A stretch of 58,923 nt of DNA from Gemmataceae bacterium (lineage in GTDB: Bacteria > Planctomycetota > Planctomycetia > Gemmatales > Gemmataceae): positions 1-58,923 of the forward strand of contig DATGZX010000367.1 in NCBI GenBank assembly GCA_035296965.1. The letters are read 5' to 3'. Position numbers and translations under genes: made by a program. Under the pieces are notes generated by a model. It saw only the letters and a program-made list of their open reading frames with translations, was not told the DNA's origin and did no database searches. Within the stretch, counting starts at the first letter, position 1; every line of letters starts with the position of its first letter. Positions 10,360-19,950 of the stretch are shown piece after piece.

Positions 10360-11256
10360 TCATTTTACGTTCGGCTTCCAAGCAGGTCGGCCGCCGTTCG
10401 TCGGGCCCTCCTCCTTCAGAATCTCCGTTGGGTTTTTGCCGTCGGCATCCATGATGTAGAGGGAGCTGCCGCGCCCGCCTCTTTCCAAATGCTGAAAGGC
10501 AATCTTCTTACCGTCGCTGGACCAGGCGCATTGCGTGTTGAGGGCGCCCTGCTTGGTCAATTGCCGTCGGTTCGTGCCGTCCGCGTTGCATATGTGGAGT
10601 TCCGCCCCATTTCCTGTTCCTTCGGCAAAAAGTATTTTCTTCCCGTCGGGCGACCAGGCGGGGCACATGAAAGGGAGCGTGCTATCAACTTTGGTGATTT
10701 CCTGAACATTGCGACCGTCTGCGTCCATGGTGTAGAGGTGAGATCCCTGACCGGAGCGATTCGAGGAGAAAGCAATCTTCTTGCCGTCAGGCGACCAATC
10801 CGGGCAGGCGTCCATCGACGGGTTGTTCGTGAGATTGGTGGGATTGCTGCCATCCGCGTCCATTATGAATATGTCTTGATCTTGCTGACTCAACTCCCGG
10901 GAGAAGGCGATTTTCTTGTCGTCGGGCGACCAGGCGGGATAGTAGTCGGCCACCGATTCACTCGTCAGTTGCGTGGCATTTGCGCCGTCGGCATCCATCA
11001 CATAGATATGAAAGGCGCCCTCCCGATTGGAGGCGAATGCAATCTTCTTGCCGTCGTGCGACCAGGATGGATAACTGTCCTTCCAGGAGTTGACTGCCAC
11101 ACTTTGAGGATCGGAGCCATCCATCATCATCAGAAAGAGTCCCACGGAGCCGCTACGGTTGGATGGGCAGAGGATTCTGCGCTCCGCGGGACCATCGAAG
11201 GCTGCCGCAAAGGAGAATGCAGATCCGACCGCGATGATCGCCAGGAATAATCTCAT
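10360..11256 (-). CDS. TolB-like periplasmic beta-propeller protein (PD40/WD40-like repeats)
   Basis: Signal peptide, then 6-7 repeats of the PD40 signature (P.WSPDGKKIAF.S.R.G...I..MDADG.N...LT). Confidence 0.8.
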   Translation of the reverse strand: MRLFLAIIAVGSAFSFAAAFDGPAERRILCPSNRSGSVGLFLMMMDGSDPQSVAVNSWKDSYPSWSHDGKKIAFASNREGAFHIYVMDADGANATQLTSESVADYYPAWSPDDKKIAFSRELSQQDQDIFIMDADGSNPTNLTNNPSMDACPDWSPDGKKIAFSSNRSGQGSHLYTMDADGRNVQEITKVDSTLPFMCPAWSPDGKKILFAEGTGNGAELHICNADGTNRRQLTKQGALNTQCAWSSDGKKIAFQHLERGGRGSSLYIMDADGKNPTEILKEEGPTNGGRPAWKPNVK

Positions 11257-11590
11257 GGTGACGGCCTCCTGGGAAAGTGAGGGCCTAACAACCAGGACAC
11301 AACCCGATGCTAAAATGCCACTCGAGGTGGGGCAAGCATTTTCGCGGAACGACAGAAGATGGGGTGGAGGGACATAGGTGGGCGAAGAGAGAACGCACTT
11401 CCTCTGTTCGGATGGTATATAACCGCTCCTGGTCGCGCGCCGTAAGCGGGGATAGGCGCGGCTCCGGCATCATGAATCCGAAATTGGGGCTTGCACGTCT
11501 AATTCAATGGTCCTGTCCCGTTATTCGGATAGGCGCTTAGCCAGGGTCATGGGGACCATCGATCAGCAGCGCGTCGCCTTGGAGACTGTC

Positions 11591-11652
11591 AAACACATAG
11601 GCGGTTACAGGCGTGCTCGCTCCGCGGCACGTCTGTAACCGCCTATGTGTTT
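11591..11652 (-). terminator. Very long hairpin (26-bp stem with one mismatch, 10-nt loop) about 36 bp downstream of the last gene of the MoxR/vWA operon. Candidate terminator or structured RNA.
   Basis: The sequence is aaacacataggcggttacaggcgtgc-tcgctccgcg-gcacgtctgtaaccgcctatgtgttt. Confidence 0.4.
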
Positions 11653-11687
11653 ATGATCGAGCCCGTGATGGGCCACTCCTTGCCTGC

Positions 11688-13235
11688 TTATTTCTGGGGA
11701 GCCGTGTCCTTCTTTTCCGGCACGGCGTCCGCGTTCGAGGGCCGGATCAATTCGAAATACTTCTTGACCATCTGGCGATGGCCGAGCGGGATCGGCTCGC
11801 TTTCCAAAACGGTCTCGGATTCCTTCTTGAATTTCTGGTACTTTTCCTTGTACTCGCGGCTTGCTTGTTGCCTGGCTTCCGGTGTGGCCGTGGTTTCCAC
11901 TTCGGAATCGCCCTCGGCGCCTGGCGTGCCTGAGATTTGTTGATCGGTGCGCTTGCTGTTGAGTTTTGTTTTTTCGCCGTCGATATTGCCGCTCGCTGTC
12001 CGACCCCAGTTGCTCGAGGGGTTGTTCGACTTCTGGGGCATCCGCAGCTTGGCGCCGCCGTTCATCTGGCAGTTGCACTTGCAATCTTTTAACTCCTCAA
12101 TTTGCGAGAGGAGCAGATCATTCACCTTCCTGCGTTTGATTGCGTTGTTGACTTTCTTGGCGAGGTTACGAGAGGCTTTACCCACCTTGCCCTTGCCGCC
12201 CTTCAGGCTATCGGCCAGGTCGCCCACCGCTTCGCTCAGCGAGCCCTGGCCTGCTTCGCCCATCTGCTTGGCAAGCTGTTTGAGCTTTTCTTCCAAGGCC
12301 TTTGCTTCCTTGGGGGTCAGTTTCACCTCATCCAGTTTTTCAAGTTCCTTGGTAGCCTTCTCCAATTTGCCATCTTGAAGAGCCTTGCCGGCGCCTTCGA
12401 AGGCGGTGGAGGCAGCCAGGGCAGTCCCCAGCGACGAAAGCTGGCCGTCCAGGGCGGCGACGTTGAGTTCATTGGCGAGAGCCTGCACGTCCGCCTGCAT
12501 TTCGGACAATTTGGCCAGGGCTTCCTTCTCGTCGGTCCCCGGTTGAGTTAATTCTTCGACCTTTTGCAGAAGCTTTTCCAACAGCTCCTTGATACCCTTC
12601 TTCTCTTCGTCCGCCTTCTCGTCTTCCAGGTCCTGGGCCATTTCAGAGAGCTTCTTGTCCAGTGCTGCTAGCTTTTCTTTCTGCTCCAACACCATGGTGG
12701 CAATATGCTCAGGAGTTGGTGCAGGCCCGGCCTCGACTTGCTGTTGGGCCAGGGGCCAAGTGAGCAGAACGACGGCGGCCACAACTGCAGCCAGGGCGAG
12801 TTTCCACGACCGCGGTGTGCGTAGCGGTGCAACCTCGTGCGATTCGACCGTTCGCAGCTGGCTCAGAGCATCCGACATTTGTAAAGTGTGGAGGTCCGAT
12901 GGCGCATGTTGTTCCGAGAACGCCAGCGCCGTGACCGTGCGATCCTTGAGCAGGTAATGCTGGTCGACGGCGCTTGCTGCTCCGTGCCAACTCCGGCGCA
13001 GGACGAATCCTACGGCCAGCCCGCAGACGGGCCCTGCAAGCAGCACGCCAATGCGCATGACAAGGGACAGGTCGATTCCCGCGGACAGCCGGCCGATCCC
13101 CAAAACCACGCCCGCGCCGGCTGAGACGATCAAGCCGATCATCGCACAGCGCAGGGCAAAGAGCCACTGCTGCCTGAACCGGGTCGGCTTCAGAGCGGCG
13201 TAAACGGCCTGTTTCATCACCAGCCCTCCGTTCAT
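11688..13235 (-). CDS. Coiled-coil membrane protein, last gene of the Bat-like operon (BatD-like by position only)
   Basis: Two N-terminal TM helices (IGLIVSAGAGVVLGIGRL, IGVLLAGPVCGLAVGFVL), a third TM helix (LALAAVVAAVVLLTWPL), then about 300 aa of K/E/A/L-rich coiled coil. Start placed at the internal Met so that it overlaps the upstream vWA gene's stop by only a few nt. Confidence 0.4.
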   Translation of the reverse strand: MNGGLVMKQAVYAALKPTRFRQQWLFALRCAMIGLIVSAGAGVVLGIGRLSAGIDLSLVMRIGVLLAGPVCGLAVGFVLRRSWHGAASAVDQHYLLKDRTVTALAFSEQHAPSDLHTLQMSDALSQLRTVESHEVAPLRTPRSWKLALAAVVAAVVLLTWPLAQQQVEAGPAPTPEHIATMVLEQKEKLAALDKKLSEMAQDLEDEKADEEKKGIKELLEKLLQKVEELTQPGTDEKEALAKLSEMQADVQALANELNVAALDGQLSSLGTALAASTAFEGAGKALQDGKLEKATKELEKLDEVKLTPKEAKALEEKLKQLAKQMGEAGQGSLSEAVGDLADSLKGGKGKVGKASRNLAKKVNNAIKRRKVNDLLLSQIEELKDCKCNCQMNGGAKLRMPQKSNNPSSNWGRTASGNIDGEKTKLNSKRTDQQISGTPGAEGDSEVETTATPEARQQASREYKEKYQKFKKESETVLESEPIPLGHRQMVKKYFELIRPSNADAVPEKKDTAPQK

Positions 13236-13243
13236 AGGTTCGT

Positions 13244-15802
13244 CTAGCGCTTCGTCCACATCATCTTGAGCGGCGGTTTGTTGCGCCCAAGCAGCAAGTC
13301 GAAATCGATGCGTCGCAACGCCACATCGGCCACGAAAATCAATGCAGCGGCAATCAAGAAGTAAGGCCACAAGGGTATGGCCTGCGAAGCCGTGCGCTCA
13401 TCGGGAGCAAACACCGCTTCCGGCGCCGGCCGATAGATCCCGCCCGACGCCTGGGCAATCGATTGCAACAGTATCTCATTTGTCGGACGAATACGCAACT
13501 CCTCGTCATAGTTTACAACTAAACCGCGCGATTGCTGGGTGACAGGCTGCCCTTTCGCCTGCTGCGTAATGTGAACGTGATAGGCCCCTTGCTTGTCGGC
13601 AGGAAACTCCGCCACGTACCGGCCGGGAGCCGTCTGCGTCATTGGCAGCTTTTTCTCGTCACCATGAGGCTCGATCACAGTCAACTCGGCCGGCGCTTCA
13701 TTCAAGAACCGGCCGTCGGTTTGCACGGCGTCGAGCACCACCGTGGCCTTGCCGTCCTTTTGGTTGGTTTGCACGAACACGCCTTTGGCGTCCGATTTGC
13801 GCATGGCGTGTCGGACCACTTGTGCCCAGAACTTGCTGTAGCCGGGCCAGCTAAGCCATTCCGCAGCCCAACGACTCTTGGCATCCGACGTGAACGCAAC
13901 CGACATGCCCAGCCCGTAGCGCCACCACGACAGGAGGGGATCCCCTTTTTCCGTGGACAGGATCAGTTCGCTCGTCGGCTTGGGTCGGGTCGTCACGTAA
14001 CCAAGCAAGAAGGGTGCTTCATCGAACTTGATATTGGCAATGGCCTGCGACGGCCTGACGACGATGGGCGTGAACGGCTGCTCGTTGATGGCCGATTTGC
14101 TGGCGGTCACCGTTTCCTTGGCGAAGATTTGCGGGATATTGGTGGGATCCTCCGCCTGGTAGTAGCGGCCGTTGCCGATGCGAGCGATTTCCTGAAGCAG
14201 ATCAAAGTCGCAATCGTCGCCGACGGCCACCGTGGTGCACGTCATTTTCGACTGGATCATGCTTTGGGCGATGCCCGCGAAATCGGCCGGCTCGGAGACG
14301 CCGTCGGTAAGAACGATCACGTGCTTGAGCGTGGCCGGCGTATTCAGGAGGGCATCATAGGCGGCTTCCATGGGCGGACCCATGATAGTTCCACCTCCCG
14401 CTTCAATGGTGCTGATCTTGTCGATGACCTGGCCCTTGTTCGAAGCCGGCTGCAAATCGGCCACCCAATACAGCTCCGCATCGAAGGCAATGACGCCGAC
14501 TTTGTCCTTGGGACCAAGCAGCTCTACCGCGGCCCGGGCCGCATCCTTGGCCATCTCGATTTTGACGCCGCCCATCGACCCGGACTTGTCAATGACGAGC
14601 ACCATGGCCAGGCTTGGCCTTTCCTTCTCCTTTTCGAAATCGCTACGGACGGGCAAAATCTCTTCGATCGTCGTCTTGTAGTACCCGCCGAGTCCAAAAG
14701 CCTGGTCGCCGCCGATCATGATGAGCCCGCCGCCCAGATCCTGCACGTACGAGCGAATGGTGTTCATTTGGCGGGTGCTCATTGCCGTGGCCGGCACGTT
14801 GGACAGTACGAGCAATTCGTAATTCTGCAGATCGGAAAGGGCATCCGGAATTCCCTGCGGAGGCCGGACATCGACCTTGATCCCCTCTTGCTCCAAGGCG
14901 GAGGCAAAATGCCGAGCCTGCTTGACATCGCTGTCCGCGACCAAAACACGCGGCTTGCCGTTACTGAAGACAAGGCCCCGGGCAACATTATTGTCGAGAA
15001 GCGTGTCCTTGAAACCAGTGACCCGAGCCGTGTACTCGGCCATGCGTTCCGCGGTAATTTGCTGGCGAAAACGGAAGCGATTTTCCCCGACCTTGACTTT
15101 GACCTTTTCGCTGACGACTTTGTGTGCGCCTCGATAAACCTCGACTTCGCCTTCATCATCGTGGTTGGAATCGACGACGACCTCGACGTAGAAGGGTTCT
15201 CCTTCGCGGACCTGAGCGGGAACCTCGACCGCGGAGGCCTGCACCTCGGGTTCGCCACGCACCGGCAAGGGAAGCGTAGAGACGGGGATACCGCCCCGAA
15301 GAGCGGCGCGAACGGCGTCACCTTGGGTCTGGTTGCCATCGCTCAGCAGCACAATGCGCGGAACATACGAAGGAGGAATGGCGGCGGCAGCGACGTCCAG
15401 AGCGGCGGCAATGTTGGTGCCGCGCCGGTTCAGCGTGAAAGGCGCGGCCCAGTCGCCCATGACCGGGCCAGGCTCTGCCCCGAAGCGCACGTAGGCGCAG
15501 CGATTATTCTGAGCTAAGGCAGCCGACTTGTTCAGAAAGCTATCGATTTCCGACTTGGCTTCGTCGGCAACGCTCAGGCTGTCGTCAATTGCGAAGATAA
15601 CGTACAGATCGCGGGAAGACTTGAGCCAGGTCAGGCCGCACAGGGCGGCGACCAGCAAGACCACAATGACGCCGCGCAGCACCAGCGAAGCCACGCGCTG
15701 CCACTTTGAGAAATCGGTGAGTCCGCGATAAAAATACCATGCCAAAACGGGCAACACGCAGAGCAGGAGCAGGAGTTTGGGGTTGGTCAATTCCAGGGGC
15801 AT
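13244..15802 (-). CDS. Large membrane-anchored protein with two von Willebrand factor A (vWA) domains
   Basis: N-terminal TM helices, then vWA/MIDAS-like segments (IFAIDDSLSVADEAKSE...; VLVIDKSGSMGGVKIEMAKDAARAAVELLGPKDKVGVIAFD...VIVLTDG). Length is 852 aa. Confidence 0.75.
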   Translation of the reverse strand: MPLELTNPKLLLLLCVLPVLAWYFYRGLTDFSKWQRVASLVLRGVIVVLLVAALCGLTWLKSSRDLYVIFAIDDSLSVADEAKSEIDSFLNKSAALAQNNRCAYVRFGAEPGPVMGDWAAPFTLNRRGTNIAAALDVAAAAIPPSYVPRIVLLSDGNQTQGDAVRAALRGGIPVSTLPLPVRGEPEVQASAVEVPAQVREGEPFYVEVVVDSNHDDEGEVEVYRGAHKVVSEKVKVKVGENRFRFRQQITAERMAEYTARVTGFKDTLLDNNVARGLVFSNGKPRVLVADSDVKQARHFASALEQEGIKVDVRPPQGIPDALSDLQNYELLVLSNVPATAMSTRQMNTIRSYVQDLGGGLIMIGGDQAFGLGGYYKTTIEEILPVRSDFEKEKERPSLAMVLVIDKSGSMGGVKIEMAKDAARAAVELLGPKDKVGVIAFDAELYWVADLQPASNKGQVIDKISTIEAGGGTIMGPPMEAAYDALLNTPATLKHVIVLTDGVSEPADFAGIAQSMIQSKMTCTTVAVGDDCDFDLLQEIARIGNGRYYQAEDPTNIPQIFAKETVTASKSAINEQPFTPIVVRPSQAIANIKFDEAPFLLGYVTTRPKPTSELILSTEKGDPLLSWWRYGLGMSVAFTSDAKSRWAAEWLSWPGYSKFWAQVVRHAMRKSDAKGVFVQTNQKDGKATVVLDAVQTDGRFLNEAPAELTVIEPHGDEKKLPMTQTAPGRYVAEFPADKQGAYHVHITQQAKGQPVTQQSRGLVVNYDEELRIRPTNEILLQSIAQASGGIYRPAPEAVFAPDERTASQAIPLWPYFLIAAALIFVADVALRRIDFDLLLGRNKPPLKMMWTKR

Positions 15803-15820
15803 TCGTTGTCCCTCATTATC

Positions 15821-17725
15821 TCAGCTGATCCAGCGCCGCTGATAGAGATACCATTCGCAGGCGAGCAAGACCAATGCGGCCAGGGCCAGGTACCACCAGG
15901 CAGGCCCGCCCAGAAAACCGCCGGCCAGACCAACCTCGGCAGCAGTCGCCGGCGCGGGGAGCGCCTCTGGCGGCCGCAGGTCGCTCTCGGCTTTGTTCAT
16001 CAAGTTTACCGCGAATTCGTCGAGGGCTGCCGCGCCGGGCGCGTCCGGCACCACCGCCCAGACGCCGCAGTGGTCGAAGGGGCCGACGGTCGTCTTGACA
16101 CCGCCAGGAGGAAGCTTCCGCGTTGTGCCGTCCGGTGCGCGCAGCGAAAAAGTGGTGACGCCTGCCGTGCTGGCCGGCAGCGTGACCTCGGCCGTGGCGC
16201 CGGTTGGCAGAGCTTCGCGGAGTTCGCCCGAGTTGCTCGTAAAAAATCCAAATAAGTTCATGGCCATGATTGGGAAGGCGGTCCGGAAAGGGAGATCGCC
16301 CTTGTCGAGATTGACAGTCAAGACAGCCACCTTCCCCTCGGGCCGCTCAATCAGCGCAAAGAGCGGATCGCCGCTGACGGCGCCTGCCAACACCTGGGGC
16401 TTGCAGGAGGGGACGAATGTCAGCTTGCGCGCCTCGGGCAGGATGACATTATCAAGTCGAACGTGGGCCATGAGTGGCGAGTCCCGATCTTGCTGCGTCA
16501 CGATGGGGTTTTGCAAATTGTTGCCGACTTTCCACAGGTCGCAGTCACCCGTCGGATCGATGACAAGCACGGAACCGGCGGGGAGTTGGGCAGGGGTCTC
16601 CCGATGGAACACGGTGACCGTGCCGGATGCAAATTGCTTGGGCAACTCCTTGGAAGTGGTCAAGCGAACGAGCGGGTTCGCTTCGAGTACTTTCTGCAGG
16701 AATAGATTGCCGTGGGGGCTATGCATGTGGACCGGGACCGGCTCGCGCTTCGGCAACACCGCGGACGCGCGATTATCGGCAGCCAGGGAATCGACCAGGG
16801 GCTGGAAGTCCTTGTCTGCTTTGATGACCAACTCAGCCGTCAATAGGCCGCCGTCGGCAGTTGTGCTCTCGATCACTTCACTCCAGCGGCCGTTCGGACC
16901 GAGCTTGAGAGGTTTGATGTCTATCGTTCTCCCTTCCAGCGCGATGGCCAGGCGGACGTCTTCCGCCGGTTCGTCGGAGAGATTGGCAACCTCGGCCAAG
17001 ATCTCATAGCCAATGGGGTCGATCGTGCTGCGTCGGGCCTGGAAACGGGTGATGGCTATGTTGGGGGACCTGTGGCCGACCGTGATCAGGGCGACGTCAG
17101 CCGCACGCGCCAGCTCGGCTGTGCCTTCGCCGCAGCCGTCACTGATGACGACAATGCGGTTGTGTTTCGCGCCTTCCTCCGTTGCGACGGCCAGGTTGCG
17201 CGCGAGCGCGACGGCAGCGGTCAGCTGCGTTGGGCTGTCCGTCGCGCCCATATTTTCCACGGCGCTACGCAGTGTTCTCTGGTGGCCGGTCAGGCCGCAA
17301 ACGACTTGGGGTGGAGCGCTGCCCGTCACGATGGCCATCTCGTCCTGGAAGTGAAGGCCGGCGATGATGCGCAGCGCCTCCTCCTTTGCCCGAGCTAGCC
17401 GCGACGGTGTCACCTCTGTGGCATTCATACTCGCCGAGTTGTCCAGGATGAGCAAGATGCGGCGGGCCTCGAGCACTTCCGATGAGAAGAACGGCTTGGC
17501 CAGAGCGGCAACCAGGAGAAGAAGGAGAGCCAACTGCATAAGGAGCGAAACCAGATGCCGAAGCTTCTGCCACAGGGACCGTGGCTTCTTCTCGTCAAAG
17601 ATTTGCCGCCAAAAGATGACCGTGGATACGGGAACGCGCTTCAAGCGGATCTTCAAGATGTAGAAGATCACGATGGGGACAATCAAGAGGCCCCATAGAA
17701 GGGCCAGCGGATTGGCGAGACTCAT
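15821..17725 (-). CDS. batA: BatA-like protein: aerotolerance-regulator N-terminal double-TM domain plus a vWA domain
   Basis: MSLANPLALLWGLLIVPIVIFYILKIRLKRVPVSTVIFWRQ is the characteristic BatA N-terminal two-anchor motif. It is followed by a MIDAS-like vWA segment (ILLILDNSASMNA...). Confidence 0.75.
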   Translation of the reverse strand: MSLANPLALLWGLLIVPIVIFYILKIRLKRVPVSTVIFWRQIFDEKKPRSLWQKLRHLVSLLMQLALLLLLVAALAKPFFSSEVLEARRILLILDNSASMNATEVTPSRLARAKEEALRIIAGLHFQDEMAIVTGSAPPQVVCGLTGHQRTLRSAVENMGATDSPTQLTAAVALARNLAVATEEGAKHNRIVVISDGCGEGTAELARAADVALITVGHRSPNIAITRFQARRSTIDPIGYEILAEVANLSDEPAEDVRLAIALEGRTIDIKPLKLGPNGRWSEVIESTTADGGLLTAELVIKADKDFQPLVDSLAADNRASAVLPKREPVPVHMHSPHGNLFLQKVLEANPLVRLTTSKELPKQFASGTVTVFHRETPAQLPAGSVLVIDPTGDCDLWKVGNNLQNPIVTQQDRDSPLMAHVRLDNVILPEARKLTFVPSCKPQVLAGAVSGDPLFALIERPEGKVAVLTVNLDKGDLPFRTAFPIMAMNLFGFFTSNSGELREALPTGATAEVTLPASTAGVTTFSLRAPDGTTRKLPPGGVKTTVGPFDHCGVWAVVPDAPGAAALDEFAVNLMNKAESDLRPPEALPAPATAAEVGLAGGFLGGPAWWYLALAALVLLACEWYLYQRRWIS

Positions 17726-17730
17726 GGTTC

Positions 17731-18612
17731 TCAGCGCACCGAACCGGCCTGGCGCATCATGCGCAGGATCAGTTGATCAAAGGGAATCTCCGTCGACGTC
17801 CGCGTGCAGCCCAGCCCGTAACGATTGCAATAGCGCTGCACACTCGTTTGAAAGTCATCGAAGAGCAAACGATACTGCCGCAAATTCTTTTCCGTCACGG
17901 TCACCTTGCGCGCGGCGCCGGACTCGACGTCCCACATTTCGAGGTCGCCAAGCATGCCGTCCGGCTCTTTCTCGTATTTGTCGTAGATCTGCACCAGGTG
18001 CGGTTCATAGCGCCGGTGCCGCAGGATATCGAGACCGCGTTCGAAGCCGGCTGTGTCGTAAAGATCGCTGAGCACGACGACGAGTCCGCGGCGTTGCTCG
18101 CGATGAACGAAGCCGGTCGCCACGCGCTCCAGGCTGGTATCCTCGCCGGAAGGGATCAGCCCTTCCAGGAACTTGAGTAGGGCCAAAATGCGGCCTTTGC
18201 CCCGGGTGAGCGGGAAGTCGGCCATGATGTCGTTTGCAAAGGCAACCACGGCGATGCGGTCCAGGTCGGCCAGGGCGATGTAGGCAAGGGCGGCTGCCAC
18301 CTGCCGGGCAAAGTCGAACTTGGGCGGGTCGCCAAACGCCATGCTGCGCGACGCATCGAGAAGGAAGTACACGTGCAGGTCCTCTTCCTCCTGAAAACGC
18401 TTGAGCAGCAGCTCGTCGAGCCGGGCGAAGAGATTCCAGTCGAGATAGCGGAAGTCATCGCCCGGAGTGTATTCGCGATGATCGGCAAACTCGATGCCGG
18501 CGCCCTTCTGCATCGTCCGCCGCTGGGCCATGAGCGAACCGCGAAAGACTCGCTTCGAGATCAGAGACAGATACTCGAGCTTTTTAAGGAAGTCGGAATC
18601 AAATAACGGCAT
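17731..18612 (-). CDS. DUF58 domain protein (MoxR-associated)
   Basis: The conserved DUF58 core (GIEFADHREYTPGDDFRYLDWNLFARLDELLLKRF...VYFLLDASRSM) sits immediately downstream of MoxR. Confidence 0.85.
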   Translation of the reverse strand: MPLFDSDFLKKLEYLSLISKRVFRGSLMAQRRTMQKGAGIEFADHREYTPGDDFRYLDWNLFARLDELLLKRFQEEEDLHVYFLLDASRSMAFGDPPKFDFARQVAAALAYIALADLDRIAVVAFANDIMADFPLTRGKGRILALLKFLEGLIPSGEDTSLERVATGFVHREQRRGLVVVLSDLYDTAGFERGLDILRHRRYEPHLVQIYDKYEKEPDGMLGDLEMWDVESGAARKVTVTEKNLRQYRLLFDDFQTSVQRYCNRYGLGCTRTSTEIPFDQLILRMMRQAGSVR

Positions 18613-18678
18613 GAGATAGTGCCATTCTTGGTCAGTATGAATCCGCGCCCGGCCAGGGCGATTTGCGGTTGCCTGCGT

Positions 18679-19680
18679 CTACACGGCTACCTGCTCTGCC
18701 GTCGTTTTGAGGATATTCGCGACGACGGCATCGGGAGGCACGCCATCGGCCTGGCCTTCGAAGTTCAGGATCAGCCGATGGCGTAGGGCCATGGGAGCGA
18801 CCGCACGGATGTCATCGCGGGCCACGTGATACCGGCCGTCGAGAATGGCCCGCAGCTTGGCCGCCAGGATGATCGCCTGGGCGCCGCGCGGGCTGCTGCC
18901 ATAGCGCACGAATTGCTTGGCCATGGGCGCCGTCAACTCGTGTTCGGGATGCGTGGCCATCACGACGGAAATAGCGTAGCGCCGGACCTCGGGTGCTACC
19001 GGAATTTGCCGCACTAACCGCGAGAGGGCCAGAATCCGCTCGCCATCGAAGACTGGTTCGGCCTTGGGGTTGGCGGCTTCGGTGGTGCGATCGAGGATAG
19101 TCTCCAGATCTTCGATCCGAGGAAACTGCACAAGAAGTTTGAAGAAGAAGCGGTCGAGCTGAGCCTCCGGCAGCGGGTAGGTGCCTTCCATCTCCAGCGG
19201 GTTCTGCGTGGCCAGCACGAAAAACGGTTCCGGCAGCCGATGGGTCTGCCCTGCGATCGTGACGTTGTGTTCCTGCATCGCTTCCAGCAATGCGGATTGC
19301 GTCTTGGGAGTGGCGCGGTTGATTTCGTCGGCCAGAACGATATTGGCGAAGACCGGGCCTTTCTGAAACTCGAAGCGCCGTCCGCCGTCCGCCGCTTGCA
19401 TGACCACATTGGTGCCGATCAAATCGGCCGGCATCAGATCCGGCGTGAACTGAATGCGGGCAAACTTGAGGTGCAATGCGTCGGCAATGGTGCGCACGAG
19501 CAGCGTTTTGCCAAGGCCGGGGACTCCTTCGAGCAGTACGTGGCCGCCGGCAATCAGCGCGGACAAAGCGCCCTCGACGATTTCATCCTGACCGACGATC
19601 ACCTTGGCGATTTCCTGGCGCAGCCGCGTGAAATCCGCCCGGAATTGTTCGAGTTCTTGTTTGATGGCTTCCGCGCTCAT
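18679..19680 (-). CDS. moxR: MoxR-family AAA+ ATPase
   Basis: Walker A GHVLLEGVPGLGKT, the MoxR signature (IQFTPDLMPADLIG) and Walker B (VLADEINRA). Length is 333 aa. Confidence 0.9.
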   Translation of the reverse strand: MSAEAIKQELEQFRADFTRLRQEIAKVIVGQDEIVEGALSALIAGGHVLLEGVPGLGKTLLVRTIADALHLKFARIQFTPDLMPADLIGTNVVMQAADGGRRFEFQKGPVFANIVLADEINRATPKTQSALLEAMQEHNVTIAGQTHRLPEPFFVLATQNPLEMEGTYPLPEAQLDRFFFKLLVQFPRIEDLETILDRTTEAANPKAEPVFDGERILALSRLVRQIPVAPEVRRYAISVVMATHPEHELTAPMAKQFVRYGSSPRGAQAIILAAKLRAILDGRYHVARDDIRAVAPMALRHRLILNFEGQADGVPPDAVVANILKTTAEQVAV

Positions 19681-19786
19681 AAGAGCAACGCTCCTTCATC
19701 TATGAGAGGAAGGTCTAAGGCAATCTGATGAGTCAGTTGCTTCACACTAAGGCCTGGCGTAATCTAAATGACCGTGTGCAAATAGG

Positions 19787-19843
19787 CTGATACTAGCCCG
19801 ACGCGTTAGCGAGGTCCTCGCTGACCCTTCGGGCTAGTGTCAG
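19787..19843. promoter_or_regulatory. Nested dyad symmetry in the divergent promoter region between moxR and the giant gene
   Basis: ctgatactagcccga ... tcgggctagtgtcag has 15-bp arms with one mismatch. It encloses a second palindrome, agcgagg-tc-cctcgct. Confidence 0.3.
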
Positions 19844-19950
19844 CGGAATCCTGCACGGTGATGTAGTTGACGTTATCGTCCGGCCCAGCGGAAGTCAAAC
19901 CGGTGCCGGCGGAATCTTTGCGTGCAGGCCTACAAAACGAGGGCCCTCCC

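Noticed and set aside
13532-15517. 661-aa plus-strand ORF antisense to the large vWA gene. Similar long antisense ORFs occur at 20026..21651, 21694..22590, 24415..25965, 29575..30639, 40980..42479 and 43495..44340.
   Set aside because: All overlap genes with strong domain evidence on the opposite strand. Their products are low-complexity Arg/Gly/Ala/Leu-rich, which is typical of GC-rich antisense frames.
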